Origin: Eledone cirrhosa
Taxonomy: Eukaryota
DNA length: 64,000 nucleotides
Direction of reading: 5' to 3'
Assembly: GCA_964016885.1 (NCBI GenBank)
Contig: OZ024747.1
Location: 92,628,001-92,692,000 of the forward strand
Below, piece by piece: positions 27,743-41,873 of this stretch. The translations under genes and the position numbers were made by a program. The notes below the pieces were generated by a model. That model ran no database searches. It was not told the origin of the DNA and worked only from the letters and a program-made list of their open reading frames with translations. Position 1 is the first letter of the stretch. Each line of letters opens with the position of its first letter.

Positions 27743-28159
27743 TTATTCCATAATTCTTAATTCATGTTTATGTAAGAAAATATAGAATAAGAGGAATTTG
27801 CCTTAAGCTGTAGTCTGCATAACATCCTGTTAGGATATAAGAAATCGTTCACAAATTAGCTGCCGCTGAAAAATCATCTGATAATCGAAAAACTAATACT
27901 TCCTTTTCTTTTTATCCAGCGTTATTTCCGGGAAGTGTCTTACTACACAGTAGCTTATAGTAATATTCAAGGTATTAAGTAAGAGGAAAATGTTGTCACC
28001 GACTCTTAAAAAGCTGATCAAACAAAACAAATTATACTTTACCCTCGTTGTGTGGTAACTAAATATAGACATATATTATGTCGTCAATTATCAAATTTGT
28101 AGAAATTTGTAGAAAAAAAACAAATTTCTACAAATTTCATAGTTGACGACTTAATATAT

Positions 28160-28545
28160 TATTTCTGAACATGATGGAATCACATTCCCATTGTCACGGC
28201 TTCTGTTTCTCTCGCTCTCCCCATCTCTCACTGTTATAAACAAATAGGGGCCCACGTGCTGGATACACCGCGGTCCCCGGCGGACAGAATAGAGAAGGCG
28301 TTTCCACGGAGGATGGTGAGAGAGGCGCATTGGAAGAGCCATTTCAGCTCGCGAGGCACGCACCTGCGGGTAGCCAACTCCGTGCCGGTGGTGGTGAGTA
28401 GGTGAGTGGTCCTAAAGCCAAGGATACCAGAGGTCTCCACTGCTTCGGGCTCGACCGCAAACCTGTCGGAGAGCAACCGATACTGAAGTGGAGCAGAGCC
28501 TGGGTTAGTCGCAGACTGCACCAGGCTGCCGCAGGAGAAAGTCAT
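28160..28545 (-). mobile_element. CRE-clade RLE 3' fragment
   Basis: TFSCGSLVQSATNPGSA...RFAVEPEAVETSGILG...WLFQCASLTILRGNAFSIL. Confidence 0.8.
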
Positions 28546-28623
28546 GATAAACCAGTACTATGATCAAAGACTATCACCATATCTCATTTAGACTTACTGT
28601 ATTCAGAACAACTTTATCAAATA

Positions 28624-29607
28624 CTAGCAGTAAAGCCCGGCGTTGCTCGGGGTCGCTCAGTAGCTGTGTTAAAGTTACAATGTTAAGTTTCTTTTTTGGC
28701 TTAAAAACTGTAGTGTCTACTGTGCAGACTTGCATGTGGTGTTTTTGATTAATATTCCCTCAACCAACAATATGCCTTATGAAGTTAAGAAAACATAACG
28801 ATAACCCGAATGTTATAACAAAAGAGGATGCTGGGGATAGAAACTGCACTGGTTATTTATTAACAAAGATCGAAAATGTAAACACTGCAACGCAGAGAAA
28901 AACATTAGCGTAACCAAATTATCAGTTATGTCTGTCTGCACGCCTATATCACCTCTCTGCACGACTGTCTGTCTGCACGCCTATATCACCTCTCTGCACG
29001 ACTGTCTGTCTGCACGCCTATATCACCTCTCTGCACGACTGTCTGTCTGCACGCCTATATCACCTCTCTGCACGACTGTCTGTCTGCACGCCTATATCAC
29101 CTCTCTGCACGACTATCTGTCTGCACGCGTATATCACCTCTCTGCACGACTGTCTGTCTGCACGCCTAACGACGAAATATTTGCTTGTTTACGTAGTCTT
29201 TAAATAGACTTGTTTTCAAGTAAAAATATTGTTTTAAAATGCTTTTAAATGGAAATGAAGCAAAACGGAAGTTTAGTGTTCGAACTGATGAATTTTGCAG
29301 GTCAATATTTTGCTGGCTCGACAACTGTTCGTAAACGCTGAGAAAGCCAGCGTAATTTTTTACGTAAGACGCTCAATGTAAACAGAACAAAGGGAAATAA
29401 CTGATAACTTACGCTCAAAAATCGATACATTATATTCGATTTCGTCACATAGGGCGGGTCAATTTGAAATTTTTTTTTTCCGATGTCTTCGCTAGGGCTC
29501 AATGTACAAGTATAGCAATTTCGGTGCAATTCCGTGAGAGATTCTAAGAGGAGATGTGTGCCAAAAATCGATAGACAGACAGACAACCACAGTTTTATAT
29601 ATATAGA
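28624..29607 (-). mobile_element. Non-autonomous Helitron
   Basis: Minus strand reads A|TCtatatatataaaactg... and ends cccgagcaacgccggg hairpin + ctttactg + CTAG|T; no TSD. Confidence 0.8.
28929..29168. repeat. 37-bp minisatellite inside the Helitron, about 6.5 copies
   Basis: Unit tgtctgtctgcacgcctatatcacctctctgcacgac. Confidence 0.9.
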
Positions 29608-29674
29608 TTACAATTGTTTCGATATCGATCAAGTTGACGGGACCCGACTCTTTTTTTTGCATCTCGTCAGATAT
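29608..29674 (-). ncRNA. Type-I hammerhead ribozyme, GUA site, stem I interrupted by the Helitron
   Basis: Minus strand: atat-CTGACGA-gatg...tatc-GAAA-C aatt GTA-a|Helitron. Confidence 0.65.
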
Positions 29675-29705
29675 AGGTACTTGCATGTGCAAGTACACAT
29701 CTAAA

Positions 29706-29754
<49 letters not shown>

Positions 29755-29928
29755 GCCCTTAGACAAAGGCATATATATATATATATATATATATGTAGAA
29801 GTTCTATTTAAATTGTTGGGATACAACAAGCAAATATTTTTATAACTGATATAAAGCACTCAACAAATTATTGGAGTAAAAATACGATATATTAACAAAT
29901 GGAAACTATATTTATAAAACCATATTTA

Positions 29929-29989
29929 TTTCATTATACATATTTCAAGGACACCAAGTTAAATTATGGTGTGTTTTCATCAGATAAAA
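29929..29989 (-). ncRNA. Type-I hammerhead ribozyme, family D
   Basis: Minus strand: ttttat-CTGATGA-aaacacacca...tggtgtcctt-GAAA-tatgta-TA-atgaaa. Confidence 0.7.
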
Positions 29990-30353
29990 TATAATATATA
30001 GATCAGTTTTATAAATAAATAAATATTGACATACCCTTAAAGAATGCGACCATTTCTGTTGGAAGCTCCCGGATAGTGGGGGTTATAAATTTATTTATAC
30101 TATTATGCAAATTAGTGTCGGATATTTTAAAATCCCAGTAGATTTAAAATAAGCTGTTGGGGTATGGAGAAAGGGAAAGAAAAGAAACGGCTTATTTTAA
30201 ATCTACTGGGATTTTAAAATATCCGACACTAATTTGCATAATAGTATAAATAAATTTATAACACCACTATCCGGGAGCTTCCAACAGAAATGGTCGCATT
30301 CTTTAAGGGTATGTCAATATTTATTTATTTATAAAACTGATCTATATATTATA

Positions 30354-30414
30354 TTTTATCTGATGAAAGCACACCATAATTTAACTTGGTGTCCTTGAAA
30401 TATGTATAATGAAA
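30354..30414 (+). ncRNA. Type-I hammerhead ribozyme, family D
   Basis: ttttat-CTGATGA(30360-66)-aagcacacca...tggtgtcctt-GAAA-tatgta-TA-atgaaa, then AATAAA. Confidence 0.72.
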
Positions 30415-30454
30415 TAAATATGGTTTTATAAATATAGTTTCCATTTGTAAATAT

Positions 30455-30509
<55 letters not shown>

Positions 30510-30512
<3 letters not shown>

Positions 30513-30799
30513 GAGGTTATATTTAATTCGTTGGGATTCAACAAGCTTAAACATTTTTATAACTGATTTAAAGCACTCAACAGTTTAGTGGAGTAAATAT
30601 TCAATATATTAATAATTGGAAACTATATTTATAAAACCATAATTATTTTATTATATATATTTCAAGGGCAACCAAGGCAAATTATGGTGCGCTTTCATCA
30701 GATAAAATATTTTATCTGATGAAAGCGCACCATAATTTGCCTTGGTTGCCCTTGAAATATATATAATAAAATAATTATGGTTTTATAAATATAGTTTCC

Positions 30800-30803
<4 letters not shown>
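30510..30803. mobile_element. Family D loop-less palindrome with back-to-back HHRs (minus 30646-30707, plus 30710-30771)
   Basis: Palindrome 30617-30800 centred at 30708/30709 (tcatcagataaaat|attttatctgatga). Confidence 0.85.
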
Positions 30804-30861
<58 letters not shown>

Positions 30862-31123
30862 TTACGTTTGTTGGTTCACCACTGGATAGAACTGGTCATT
30901 CCGTATGGTCAACCTCGATGTAATATTAGGGAGAGCACTCGACGTATTGCAACTCACCCGTCTTCGTTTGTGTTGCTGGTGGTGCGAGTACGGAGTTAAT
31001 TATTATAAAACAACATGAGGGCGGTTGACCGGGCTAGAAGCTGCTAAATGTTCGGCTGTCCTCTTGTCTCTGCTTTTCAGCCCCATGGATTTTGTCTATT
31101 ATATTCCTTTGTTATATTTCGAA

Positions 31124-31179
31124 TACCTGATGGTGTCACCGGATTCATACTGAACCCGGTCATTGAAATGATCATAGTA
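31124..31179 (+). ncRNA. Hammerhead variant (CTGATGG core), AUA site
   Basis: tac-CTGATGG-tgtcaccgg...ccggtcatt-GAAA-tgatca-TA-gta, then AATAAA. Lies in an island 30857-31226 between (TA)n tracts. Confidence 0.6.
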
Positions 31180-31313
31180 AAATAAACCTTTTAAGTAATT
31201 ACACCAGTCCAGCCTCCTGTTGTTTTATATATATATATATATATGCGTTTAGACAAAGGCATATATATATATATATATATATATGCCTTTGTCTAAACGC
31301 ATATATATATATA

Positions 31314-31360
<47 letters not shown>

Positions 31361-31373
31361 GCGTTTAGACAAA

Positions 31374-31439
<66 letters not shown>

Positions 31440-32433
31440 TTTAGACAAAGGCTGAACATTTTAGAGGGGCTATGAAGTATCATGGCGATCATAGCTTTCC
31501 AGAAACTGTTAGCTGAGAAAATGGCTGAAATTTACTTCAACTGGAAATTGAAACCGTGCTGCAGATTTTGTTCTTGCCATTTGCTTGCACTCAAGGATTT
31601 TTTGACACATCTTATTGATTTTCAAGGTCGTCCAATAACATTGATTCTCAAGTCGTCTGTATAAGCGAGTAATATAATCTTTTCTCTCACCTTATTCAGA
31701 ACTCTCCATGAAATGTCAAACTTTCAAAATTGAAACTCATGTTTCAATATGTACACAGGGCAGAGTTTCATCTATATAATATATTGATTTGAAAAACTTC
31801 GATTAATTGAGATTATCGAATCAGTCAGTCGTAAAAACAGATCTATGAAATTAAATTTAATAAAGATGTCAGTGTGTCGTGTCTTTAAAGTCAACTGATG
31901 AAAACTATTGATAGATTCCAATCATATTAGAAAACTATCAATGTTTTCAACTCGGATATTACATAACCCTAGAATATGTGTATTTAGTATACGAATTGTT
32001 CACTTCAGATATTTTCCTTCGTCCATTTTGCCAAACAGGGGGTTTCGTTCTTATATAACATGACGCTGACATTTAGAGTAACCTTTCATAGCTACTAGAC
32101 TCTGAAAATAATAAATAGCCAATGGCTTGAGTTTCAAACATTACACATAACATAGTTGAAGAATTATGTTCCTTTGCAGACTTGAATACTAGTGCAGTGT
32201 GTGTTTTTTTTTAGTTTTTTTTTTTAGAAATATCAGTTGGTTTTTTTTTACGTTCTTTTCTTTTCTAAATCAAGTATGTCGTGGTATCGTCTTTTGTCAA
32301 TAATATTCTTTAGTAAAGCTGGAAAGGTAACTAGCTTCTTCAATGTCCATTGTGAAATCGCCGTGATATTTCTAATTTCATTTCTAATGTTACAGAGAGA
32401 GAGAGAGAAAGAGAGACGCAATCTCTCTCTCCC

Positions 32434-33268
<835 letters not shown>

Positions 33269-33629
33269 TCATAGATATATATGTGTTTTGCAACGGGTCA
33301 TTTTGTGGTTCAATGAAGAATTAATAAATTAAATAATCAGAGCTATATATCATAAAACATATCTATAGAATCACCAGATAAAATATATACCGTTTCCTCT
33401 CCCAATTAGCATAATTAACCATATAAAAAATCAATTAGACCAAGCTATAAGAATAAAGGCTCGTATGAAGAAATCTCCGACAAATAACCGAAAGCAGCCC
33501 CTTCGCGGCGGTAACCACGGAGTATTTATCGAATATTTCGACAGCATGTATAAATCGACCAGATATACAGTCAACTAAACAAAATTAGGTGTAAAATAAA
33601 CTAGAAGAAAAGTGTACATATTTAATTAC

Positions 33630-33703
33630 CTCTACCATGGTTTCATCCGCATTTTAAGACATCCGATAACATAGGATATCTAGAGCTTCGGATTCTTCAG
33701 GAG
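33630..33703 (-). ncRNA. Type-I hammerhead ribozyme, GUA site
   Basis: Minus strand: ctc-CTGAAGA-atccg...cggat-GAAA-C catg GTA-gag. Confidence 0.8.
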
Positions 33704-34419
33704 TTAGCTCAAATTTAGACAATTAATTTTCCAAAGTGATCGCGCCAAGAATTCATTCAAAAATGGCTAAGAATCGTGACGTGGCAGCGGTCAAGTTAGA
33801 AAGGATGTCATTAGTTGCTTACGGCTGGTAGGCTTTTTGCTAGAAAGCGCAGCCAAATTGTATCTCAACCCAACGGGAGATTATTACATATAAAGGTTTA
33901 CATATATATATATGTAAAGTCATAGATATATATGTTTTGCAACGGGTCACTTTGTGGCTCAATGAAGAATTAATAAATTAAATAATCAGAGCTATATATC
34001 TTAAAACATGTCTATAGAATCACCAGATAAAATATATACCGTTTCCTCTCCCAATTAGCATAATTAACCATATAAAAAATCAATTAGATCAAGCTATAAG
34101 AATAAAGTAATTAAATATGTACACTTTTCTTCTAGTTTATTTTACACCTAATTTTGTTTAGTTGACTGTATATCTGGTCGATTTATACATGCTGTAGAAA
34201 TGTTCGATAAATACTCCGTGGTTACCGCCGCGAAGGGGCTGCTTTCGGTTATTTGTCGGAGATTTCTTCATAGGAGCCTTTATTCTTATAGCTTGGTCTA
34301 ATTGATTTTTTATATGGTTAATTATGCTAATTGGGAGAGGAAACGGTATATATTTTATTTGGTGATTCTATAGACATGTTTTATGATATATATGTATACA
34401 TATATGTATATATATATGC

Positions 34420-35512
34420 ACCCCTCCCCACCTCCCGTATACTAACACCCACTAACACCTCTTCACCAAACTACACACACACCAGTACACCACACTCCCT
34501 CCATAGAACCACACACACCCTTCTCTCCCCGCTCCACCCACACCCCCGCTCCACACTCACTCATCCCACTAACACCCCTACTAATACACACACACACACA
34601 CACGCACACACACACCCTCCTCACTCCAACTCTCACACCTACCCATCCTCGCCTCCCTACCATTCCACCGACTGCTGCTATGCCCTTCTGACCACCTCCC
34701 AGCACCAAATGACCACAGCACTCCCACTGCTGACCACTTCCTGTTGCGCGCGCACCCCACATCTCTCCTCTTCCGACCACCGCTTCATGGATTACCCACA
34801 CGCAGAAATTGACTTATAACCAAATCTCCAAACATCCTTGGAACTTACCAACTTTTCAACCATCCTCTTACGTCATCACCTATATAACTCAGCCACACAC
34901 ACACCCCAAAAAAATTTTTTTATCCACACGCCACCCACACCCACAACACGCTTAAACCCCACACACACGTGCTTCCCACCACATATTTACACCCTCAGCC
35001 TCCTGATTCCTCCCCCCCCCACCCTCCTATCCACACACGCACAGACACTCCGACCCACAAAAACACCCCCCACACACACCTCTTCCTGAACATGCAACCC
35101 CGTTCTTCCCCCAACCCTCACTTTCACATACACACACACACACACGCACACCTACACACACACACCACCTTCAGCCCTCCCCGCTCGGACACCCGTCTCC
35201 CTCTCCCCACTCCACCCGCCACCACCCCTACTCACCCCACACCCTTCCACCACCTGTTTACCCCCCTTTTAATTTCAGTTTATTTTGATCATGCCTTATT
35301 TTTAAATTTTTCATTCGCACCGTTTCCTTTCGCTATATGTCTCTCCACCACTCCCCTACACACCTTTTGAACTCTGTTCCCACACACTTCTCACCTGAGG
35401 AAGGGCTTATGCCCGAAACGTCGTCCCCCACCTACCCCCCACTCTTCTGAGCGTGAATTTAATAAACATTTATTGTACTGCCTCTCTGTTCTGTCCCTGT
35501 TCAAATTTTTCA
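34420..35512 (+). mobile_element. Family A longest copy, HHR-like core at 35395-35419
   Basis: Homologous to 1122-1775. tcac-CTGAGGA-aGGGC ttat GCCC-GAAAC...gtga; AATAAA; (TA)n. Confidence 0.7.
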
Positions 35513-35542
35513 TTATATATATATATATATACATATGTATAC

Positions 35543-35633
<91 letters not shown>

Positions 35634-35911
35634 TATATATACATATATGTGTATATATATATACATATGTGAATATATATATATGTATACATATATGTGT
35701 ATATATATATATGTATATATATAAATTGGTTTATATATATATATACATATATATATGTATATATATATGTATATATATAAATTGGTTTTTCCCTGTTTTA
35801 TTGATGGCACGCTATCTCTCTCTTTTCAACATATTGTATATATGTATATATATACGTATCTATGTATATGTATATATATATATATGTACATACAACCACC
35901 TACACACCCAC

Positions 35912-36041
<130 letters not shown>

Positions 36042-36215
36042 AGGAGGTTATAGTTCACTTGAAGCATTGTGTAATGAGGTATAAACGTTTGAATTAAATT
36101 CACCTTGAATTAAATTCAAGGTGAAAGACGAATTCACATCAATATCTTTCACTATTGCATTCTTTTTTCTATGTCCATACCTGCATTGTCTTGGCCTTAT
36201 TACACATATTCAAAC

Positions 36216-36274
<59 letters not shown>

Positions 36275-36283
36275 TGTGTGTGA

Positions 36284-36352
<69 letters not shown>

Positions 36353-36388
36353 TAGATACATATAGATACGCATATATATATGTAAATA

Positions 36389-36442
<54 letters not shown>

Positions 36443-37199
36443 TAAACGGAATAGAAAATGCTAACAAATTGTTTACGGTGAAAAATAGTTTAATTAGGAA
36501 TAAGTGAGAATTAGTAATAGTATTGGTTAGTATTCAGTTTTGGTTTTTAGTTTTACCGGTTGCGCATTTCTAATGCTTTTCAAAAATAATTTTGAGATAG
36601 AGCGTCCTCTGATCTGATTATAACTATATATATATATATATATATATATACATAGATACATATAGATACATATATATATATATATATATATAGTTATGTG
36701 TGAGTGTGTATATATGTATATATATGGTAATTGAGACATCAACTCAAAACACTTGGTCTCAATTAGACAGTTGACCCAGTTATAGAAAGTTTTACGTCAT
36801 CAGTAAAGAAGACTTCGTAGGAAAGATAAACTGTTGTTATACAAGGAATAACACTTCAATGGTTTCTATTGGTGTCTTCATACATGTGTTTGTTCGTGTT
36901 TGTGCGTGTCTATGTTTGTTTATGTGTGTTTGTGTGCGTTTGTACCTGTATATGTAGGTGTTTGTGTGTTGATGTGTGTTTGTGTACGGGGGGTTGGCTG
37001 TGTACGTCTGTGTTTGTTTGTTTGTGTAGGTGGGGTGTTTGTGTATGTATGAGTATACCTGCGTGTGTATGAGTGTGTGTATGTCGAGGTAGGTAGGGTG
37101 TTTGTGTGTATGTGCGTTTGTGTGTATGTGGGCTGTGTATGTGTGTGTGTGTGTGTGTGTGTTTATACATCTGTGTGTATCTTAGTGGTTATGATGTTC

Positions 37200-37460
37200 G
37201 GTTTACGACCTTAACGTCTTCAGTTCGAGCCTTGCCAATGTCTTGTGTCCTGAAGATATTGTATTTCATATGTCACAGCCCACGGAGCTGGCAAATGTGA
37301 GTTGTACCCATAATTCAATGAGTCGACTGTGTGACGCTGAATCGCCCTGAGAACTAAATTAAGGAGGCAGGTATCTGTGGAATGTTCAGCCGCTTGCAAA
37401 AGGAGGTTGTTTTGGAACACTTGTCGTCGGAACCGACGATGCAGGTCAAATACCCTGAGT
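37200..37460 (+). mobile_element. Decayed interspersed repeat, probably a SINE; inverted homologue near 20025-20210
   Basis: Loose reverse-complement similarity between the two sites, judged by eye. Confidence 0.4.
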
Positions 37461-37669
37461 GTCTGTGCATGTATGCGTGTGTGTGGTGAAGAATATGCGT
37501 TTGTGTGTGTGTGTGTGCGTGCTCTTGTGTTTGTGTATTTAGCTGTTTTGTATAAATTGAAAATTTCTTCATTCAATGTATCTTCTTGTTCGTCTTCGCC
37601 AAATTATCATTGGGGGTGGGGGGTGGGGGGGGTGAGGGCAGAATCTTCAAACACGCTTTCCAACCAGTC

Positions 37670-38000
37670 ATGAAAGAAGCATTTCCAATTGATCCGGCTG
37701 GATCCCCAAGCGACACCAACCAATTTAAACAGCATCCACTCCATTTCAACGTCCCCAGTTTGCTCAGAGAGTTTTGTGGGCTTATTTGACTTTAGGTAGT
37801 TTCAAATTGCAGATACCTAGATGGTGATCAGTTGACAGCTCAGCACCTCTCTTAACACGAACATCCAGCACAGAATCGAAGAGATCGGAGACAATAACAA
37901 AATCAATTATTAGTCTCTGTTTCTGATTCCCCTTATACCATGTATATTTATGGATATCTTTGTACTGGAAGAAGATTTTCATAATAGAGAACATAAGTCT
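37670..38000 (-). mobile_element. RTE-clade LINE remnant: APE endonuclease C-terminus joined to the 3' end
   Basis: HKYTWY...IDFVIVS..LF.SVLDVRVKRGAELSTDHHL; 37680-37780 resembles 2740-2835. Confidence 0.75.
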
Positions 38001-38224
38001 AATGAGGTCTCTCTCCATTCGTATTTAGAAGCAACAAAGGTAGCCATACCCTACCGTCTTTCGCGCTGGTTTACAAAGGACGCATTCAGACCTTAGGCAA
38101 AGGGGCTTGTTCGAAAAATATATTAGTCTCCATCTCATTCTGTAAAAAGTGGCGAAAGGTCTACGACATGTCCTGGGAGGTGTGCATATCCCGACACTCC
38201 AACGAAGGTTCGAAAGGTAGCAGT

Positions 38225-38610
38225 CCGTAAAAATTGAAACCTGGAACATTACAACCTTTACAGGTAAGGAGCAGGAGCTAGTGTAGGAAACTAGATACTA
38301 CTGGCTAGATATAATCAGGGTTTCCACAACAAAGTTCCGTGGTTCTGGTACTGTAGATTTGAATGGGCGATGAAAATTCCACTATTCAGATGTGACGCCA
38401 GAAATGACTGCACAACCTCAACTGTCAGAATGTGTCATGGACTGGATCCCATGGGGAGGGAAGATTTGCTTCTTGGAGCTTAGGCTGATAGATCTCTGTC
38501 GGTGGTGCAAGTTTATGCACCAAAAAGTCTGAATAAAGATCCTTCATGAGCCATATATCCTAATGTGAGGCTTCAATGTACGTGTTGACACTGACATGTT
38601 GGAAGTAACG
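38225..38610 (+). mobile_element. RTE-clade LINE APE endonuclease N-terminus, decayed
   Basis: KIETWNITTFTGKEQELV*ETRYYWLDIIRVSTTK.RGSG, followed by VQVYAP. Confidence 0.7.
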
Positions 38611-38611
38611 G

Positions 38612-38670
<59 letters not shown>

Positions 38671-38724
38671 AATACTATTTATAGTATAAACAGGAAAGGT
38701 CTGTAATTTCCTACTACCTTATTA

Positions 38725-38763
<39 letters not shown>

Positions 38764-38767
38764 GAGA

Positions 38768-38811
<44 letters not shown>

Positions 38812-38924
38812 GAGATATGTAAAATCCAGACCTTGGCGTTGCAGTCGGGATTATACATATCTCTAAACACACTCTGCATCTCTCCATTCATTAAGTACTC
38901 CTATGATTAGTGGTCGATTAAATA

Positions 38925-39082
38925 TTCCCCAGTGTATTACTGGTACTTTATTTTATCGAGCCAGTAAGGATGAAAGGCAAAGCTAACCTCGGGGGGGGGG
39001 GGGGGGGGGGTTGAACTCAGAACGTTAACGACCATAACTCTATGTTGTCCGATGCTCTACCGATACGGCTAATCCACCACCC
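38925..39082 (-). mobile_element. SINE family 1 copy with poly-G expansion
   Basis: Nin-like core and box B. Confidence 0.7.
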
Positions 39083-39392
39083 TAAAATTTGTAAGCTACT
39101 TGTTTTTTTATGGAGAGGTATGATGTGAATAGTTGAACAAAATAAGCTGGATATTGTGATGTGGATCGAACAGAGAGCCAGGCTAGAGATGTGGGTGTAG
39201 AGAATGTGAACGGTTATATAAAGCCATGACAGCTGTCTATCTCGCAGACGATAATGGCTAAAGAAAGCTAATAGTTGCTACGTAACCATCGTTGTGGTGG
39301 AGCGAGAAGTCAGAGAGTGACTATGTCTGCTTCACCTTTTTTATAGGCCGAGATTGATCTCATACTGCGTTTGATGAATTTCGTGGGTTTGG

Positions 39393-39600
39393 TGCATTTA
39401 AACCAGCTGTATCCAGCCAGAATACTTTCATCTCTTTCTGTTCAAACCGGCCGTACTCGTCCACTCATATCAATGTTCTCAAAATAAATAATATCAAAAT
39501 CTCATATATTCGATATTATGTGAGATAATTATATAAGATAAGGACTTTACTGTGAAAATTTAATAGTACATACAGTATATAATGTAAATGCTAAAGGGTT
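39393..39600. mobile_element. piggyBac-type MITE, truncated inverted copy
   Basis: Reverse complement of 41020-41240. Confidence 0.65.
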
Positions 39601-39639
39601 GATGCGATATAAAAGTGTACCGTTTTTTCCCCGAAAGAG

Positions 39640-39675
39640 TTTTAACGTTTCGGACATTTGTCCTTCAGCAGAAGG
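39640..39675 (-). ncRNA. Degenerate hammerhead motif (CTGCTGA core)
   Basis: Minus strand: CTGCTGA-a ggac aaat gtcc-GAAACGTTA. Confidence 0.45.
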
Positions 39676-40287
39676 TAGAATGAGAGATAGCAGAAGAAAT
39701 AGGAAGATAGACGAGGATAAGAAGAGAGAAAAAAAATGGATTTTTCTTTAAAAAGGAAAATACATGTGGAGTATACATATGTAATACCCACAGACATACA
39801 CAGACACTTATTTTATAATATTTATCTATTAGCCAAATGTCTTAGGAAGAGTATAAATGTTGTGCATGTAATAGATATTTTTTTATTTCATTCAGATCTG
39901 TCAATTCTCCCCCTAGGCGGAATTTGAACTCATAACGTAAAGAGCCGTAACTCTATGTCACAAAGCATGTTGCCCGACGCTCTACCGATACTACCAATCC
40001 TAATAATAAAGAAAATTGTATGTAGAGTGTAACACGGAAAAGGTCATTAAAATCTTTTGTATGCCATTAGGGAAGGTATATGAAGATATAAAATTCAAGA
40101 TAAGTAAAATGGCCGTTAGCAATCCTGAGTCGAACCTACTCAGTTGTAGTTGTGTAAAATGAAGGTCTTTAAGTTTTACTGTGTGACGATGCATGTTTTC
40201 AAGAGAGAGAGAGAGAGACAAGAATTCGTGTAACAAATGCAAAGCCTCCAATCTAAAAAAATTGACTTATGAGAGGTGATTGTAAAG

Positions 40288-40621
40288 CAGAGGTTCTCAA
40301 ACTTTTTCTCCCCCACTCTCACGGCCACCTAATACCCTCAACACCCCCAACCCTATTTCCAGAGAGTTCTGCCTACATGCAAATTGTAAATAATATATGA
40401 TAAATAAAATCGTCAATTTATATATAATAAATAATATAATATATACTATGTATAAATAAATATTATATATTTTACTATAGTTATAATATATATCATTTGA
40501 TATTTAATATACTATTATAACATCTCTACTGCCCCCACCACTGCCTCCTTAGGCGCCAGCGCCTCCCTGGATCTTCTCAACACCCCTCGAGGGGCAGTAG
40601 CGCCCACTTTGAAAACCTCTG
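40288..40621. mobile_element. hAT-type MITE with 8-bp TSD TTGTAAAG
   Basis: ttgtaaag|cagaggttctcaaa ... tttgaaaacctctg|ttgtaaag. Confidence 0.9.
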
Positions 40622-41019
40622 TTGTAAAGTAACAATCTATTTGGTTAGTTAATTACTAGATGCAATTCTGGTAGAGAGTAGATTATAATCAATAGAATCA
40701 CAGTTAAGCAATTTTAGTACAAAGTAGGCTGTAGCCAATAGGATTACTGTTAACAGATGTGGAATAATGGAACATAGCTGAATCAATGCAGAACCCTTAC
40801 TAAATGATTAGGTTAGTCTATAAATTCATGTACACTTGTGAGAGTTGTAAATGGTTAAACATGAAATATTGGTAAAACTATTGTAAGCCTCTGTACAACT
40901 GCAGCTAGATAGAAATAGCCATATCTCTCACAAAAGACGGCCCATAATATTGGAAATAGAGGAACACATTGGATAATGCAGTCATGGATATTTATCCAAT
41001 AGCTGAAAAGACGTGTTAA

Positions 41020-41240
41020 CCCTTTAGCATTTACATTACTCTAAATTTACGATAGTATTTTCACGGTAAAGGATTTATCTCACATAATTATCTCACATAA
41101 TATCGAATCTATGAGATTTTGATATTATTTATTTTGAGAACATTACCTTAACATCAGTATGAGTGGCTGGTTACGGCTGGTTTGAACAGAAAGAGGTGAG
41201 AGAATTCTGGCAGGATACAGCCGGTTTAAATGCTAAAGGG
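41020..41240. mobile_element. piggyBac-type MITE, TTAA TSD
   Basis: ttaa|ccctttagcattta ... taaatgctaaaggg|ttaa. Confidence 0.88.
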
Positions 41241-41873
41241 TTAATTATAGCTGAAAGATTTTGAACATAGATCTGCTTCAAGAGGGGCTATTGTATGTTA
41301 ACCAACAACAAGAACAACAATCAAAATAGATAATTATTATCCCACGAGAGATTATAATTGTTATCACACAGGACTTGACTAACAGGTGGAAGTTCATAGA
41401 GGAAAATGGCCTGAGACCATCGTTGTGGTGGAGCAAGAACTAAGAGAATGACTGCATCTGCTTTGCCTTTTATAGGCCAAGATTGACTCCATACTTCATT
41501 CTTATATGTCCAGAAGTTCTCTACTCCTATAATTAAGAATTTGGTCAGATTTAATAATATACTACTTTTATTATTGAGCTGGTATTTACCACATAATTTA
41601 ATACAGATTCTTAGATAAAGGTAGGATGAAAGGATTTTAAATAAATATAAACATTTTAAAATAAATTGTATTGTTTAGAAGCAGAGGCAGTTTCAGAGAG
41701 GGTGGTATCTAAAAAGTTAAAAATTTTGATTCTGGATGTAATATTCCTAAATAAAGAAAAAATAGAGAGACAGAACAGTCACAGCAAAAATACCTTTTAA
41801 TCATAGGTTTGGTTTGGCTCATATTAAAACAACAATGGACTATATTATCCAATGTCACTACTCTGTGATTTAA

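Larger units (their letters stand above)
29795..30458. mobile_element. Family D fold-back with about 263-bp arms (29895-30158 / 30186-30448)
   Basis: Arms are reverse complements with a few mismatches; each carries an HHR. Confidence 0.85.

Noticed and set aside
27431-29168. CRISPR-like appearance of the 43-bp and 37-bp repeats
   Set aside because: Head-to-tail units with no unique spacers, no cas genes, and eukaryotic context.
31895-31940. CTGATGA followed by a hairpin
   Set aside because: No GAAA or NUH after the stem; treated as a chance match.
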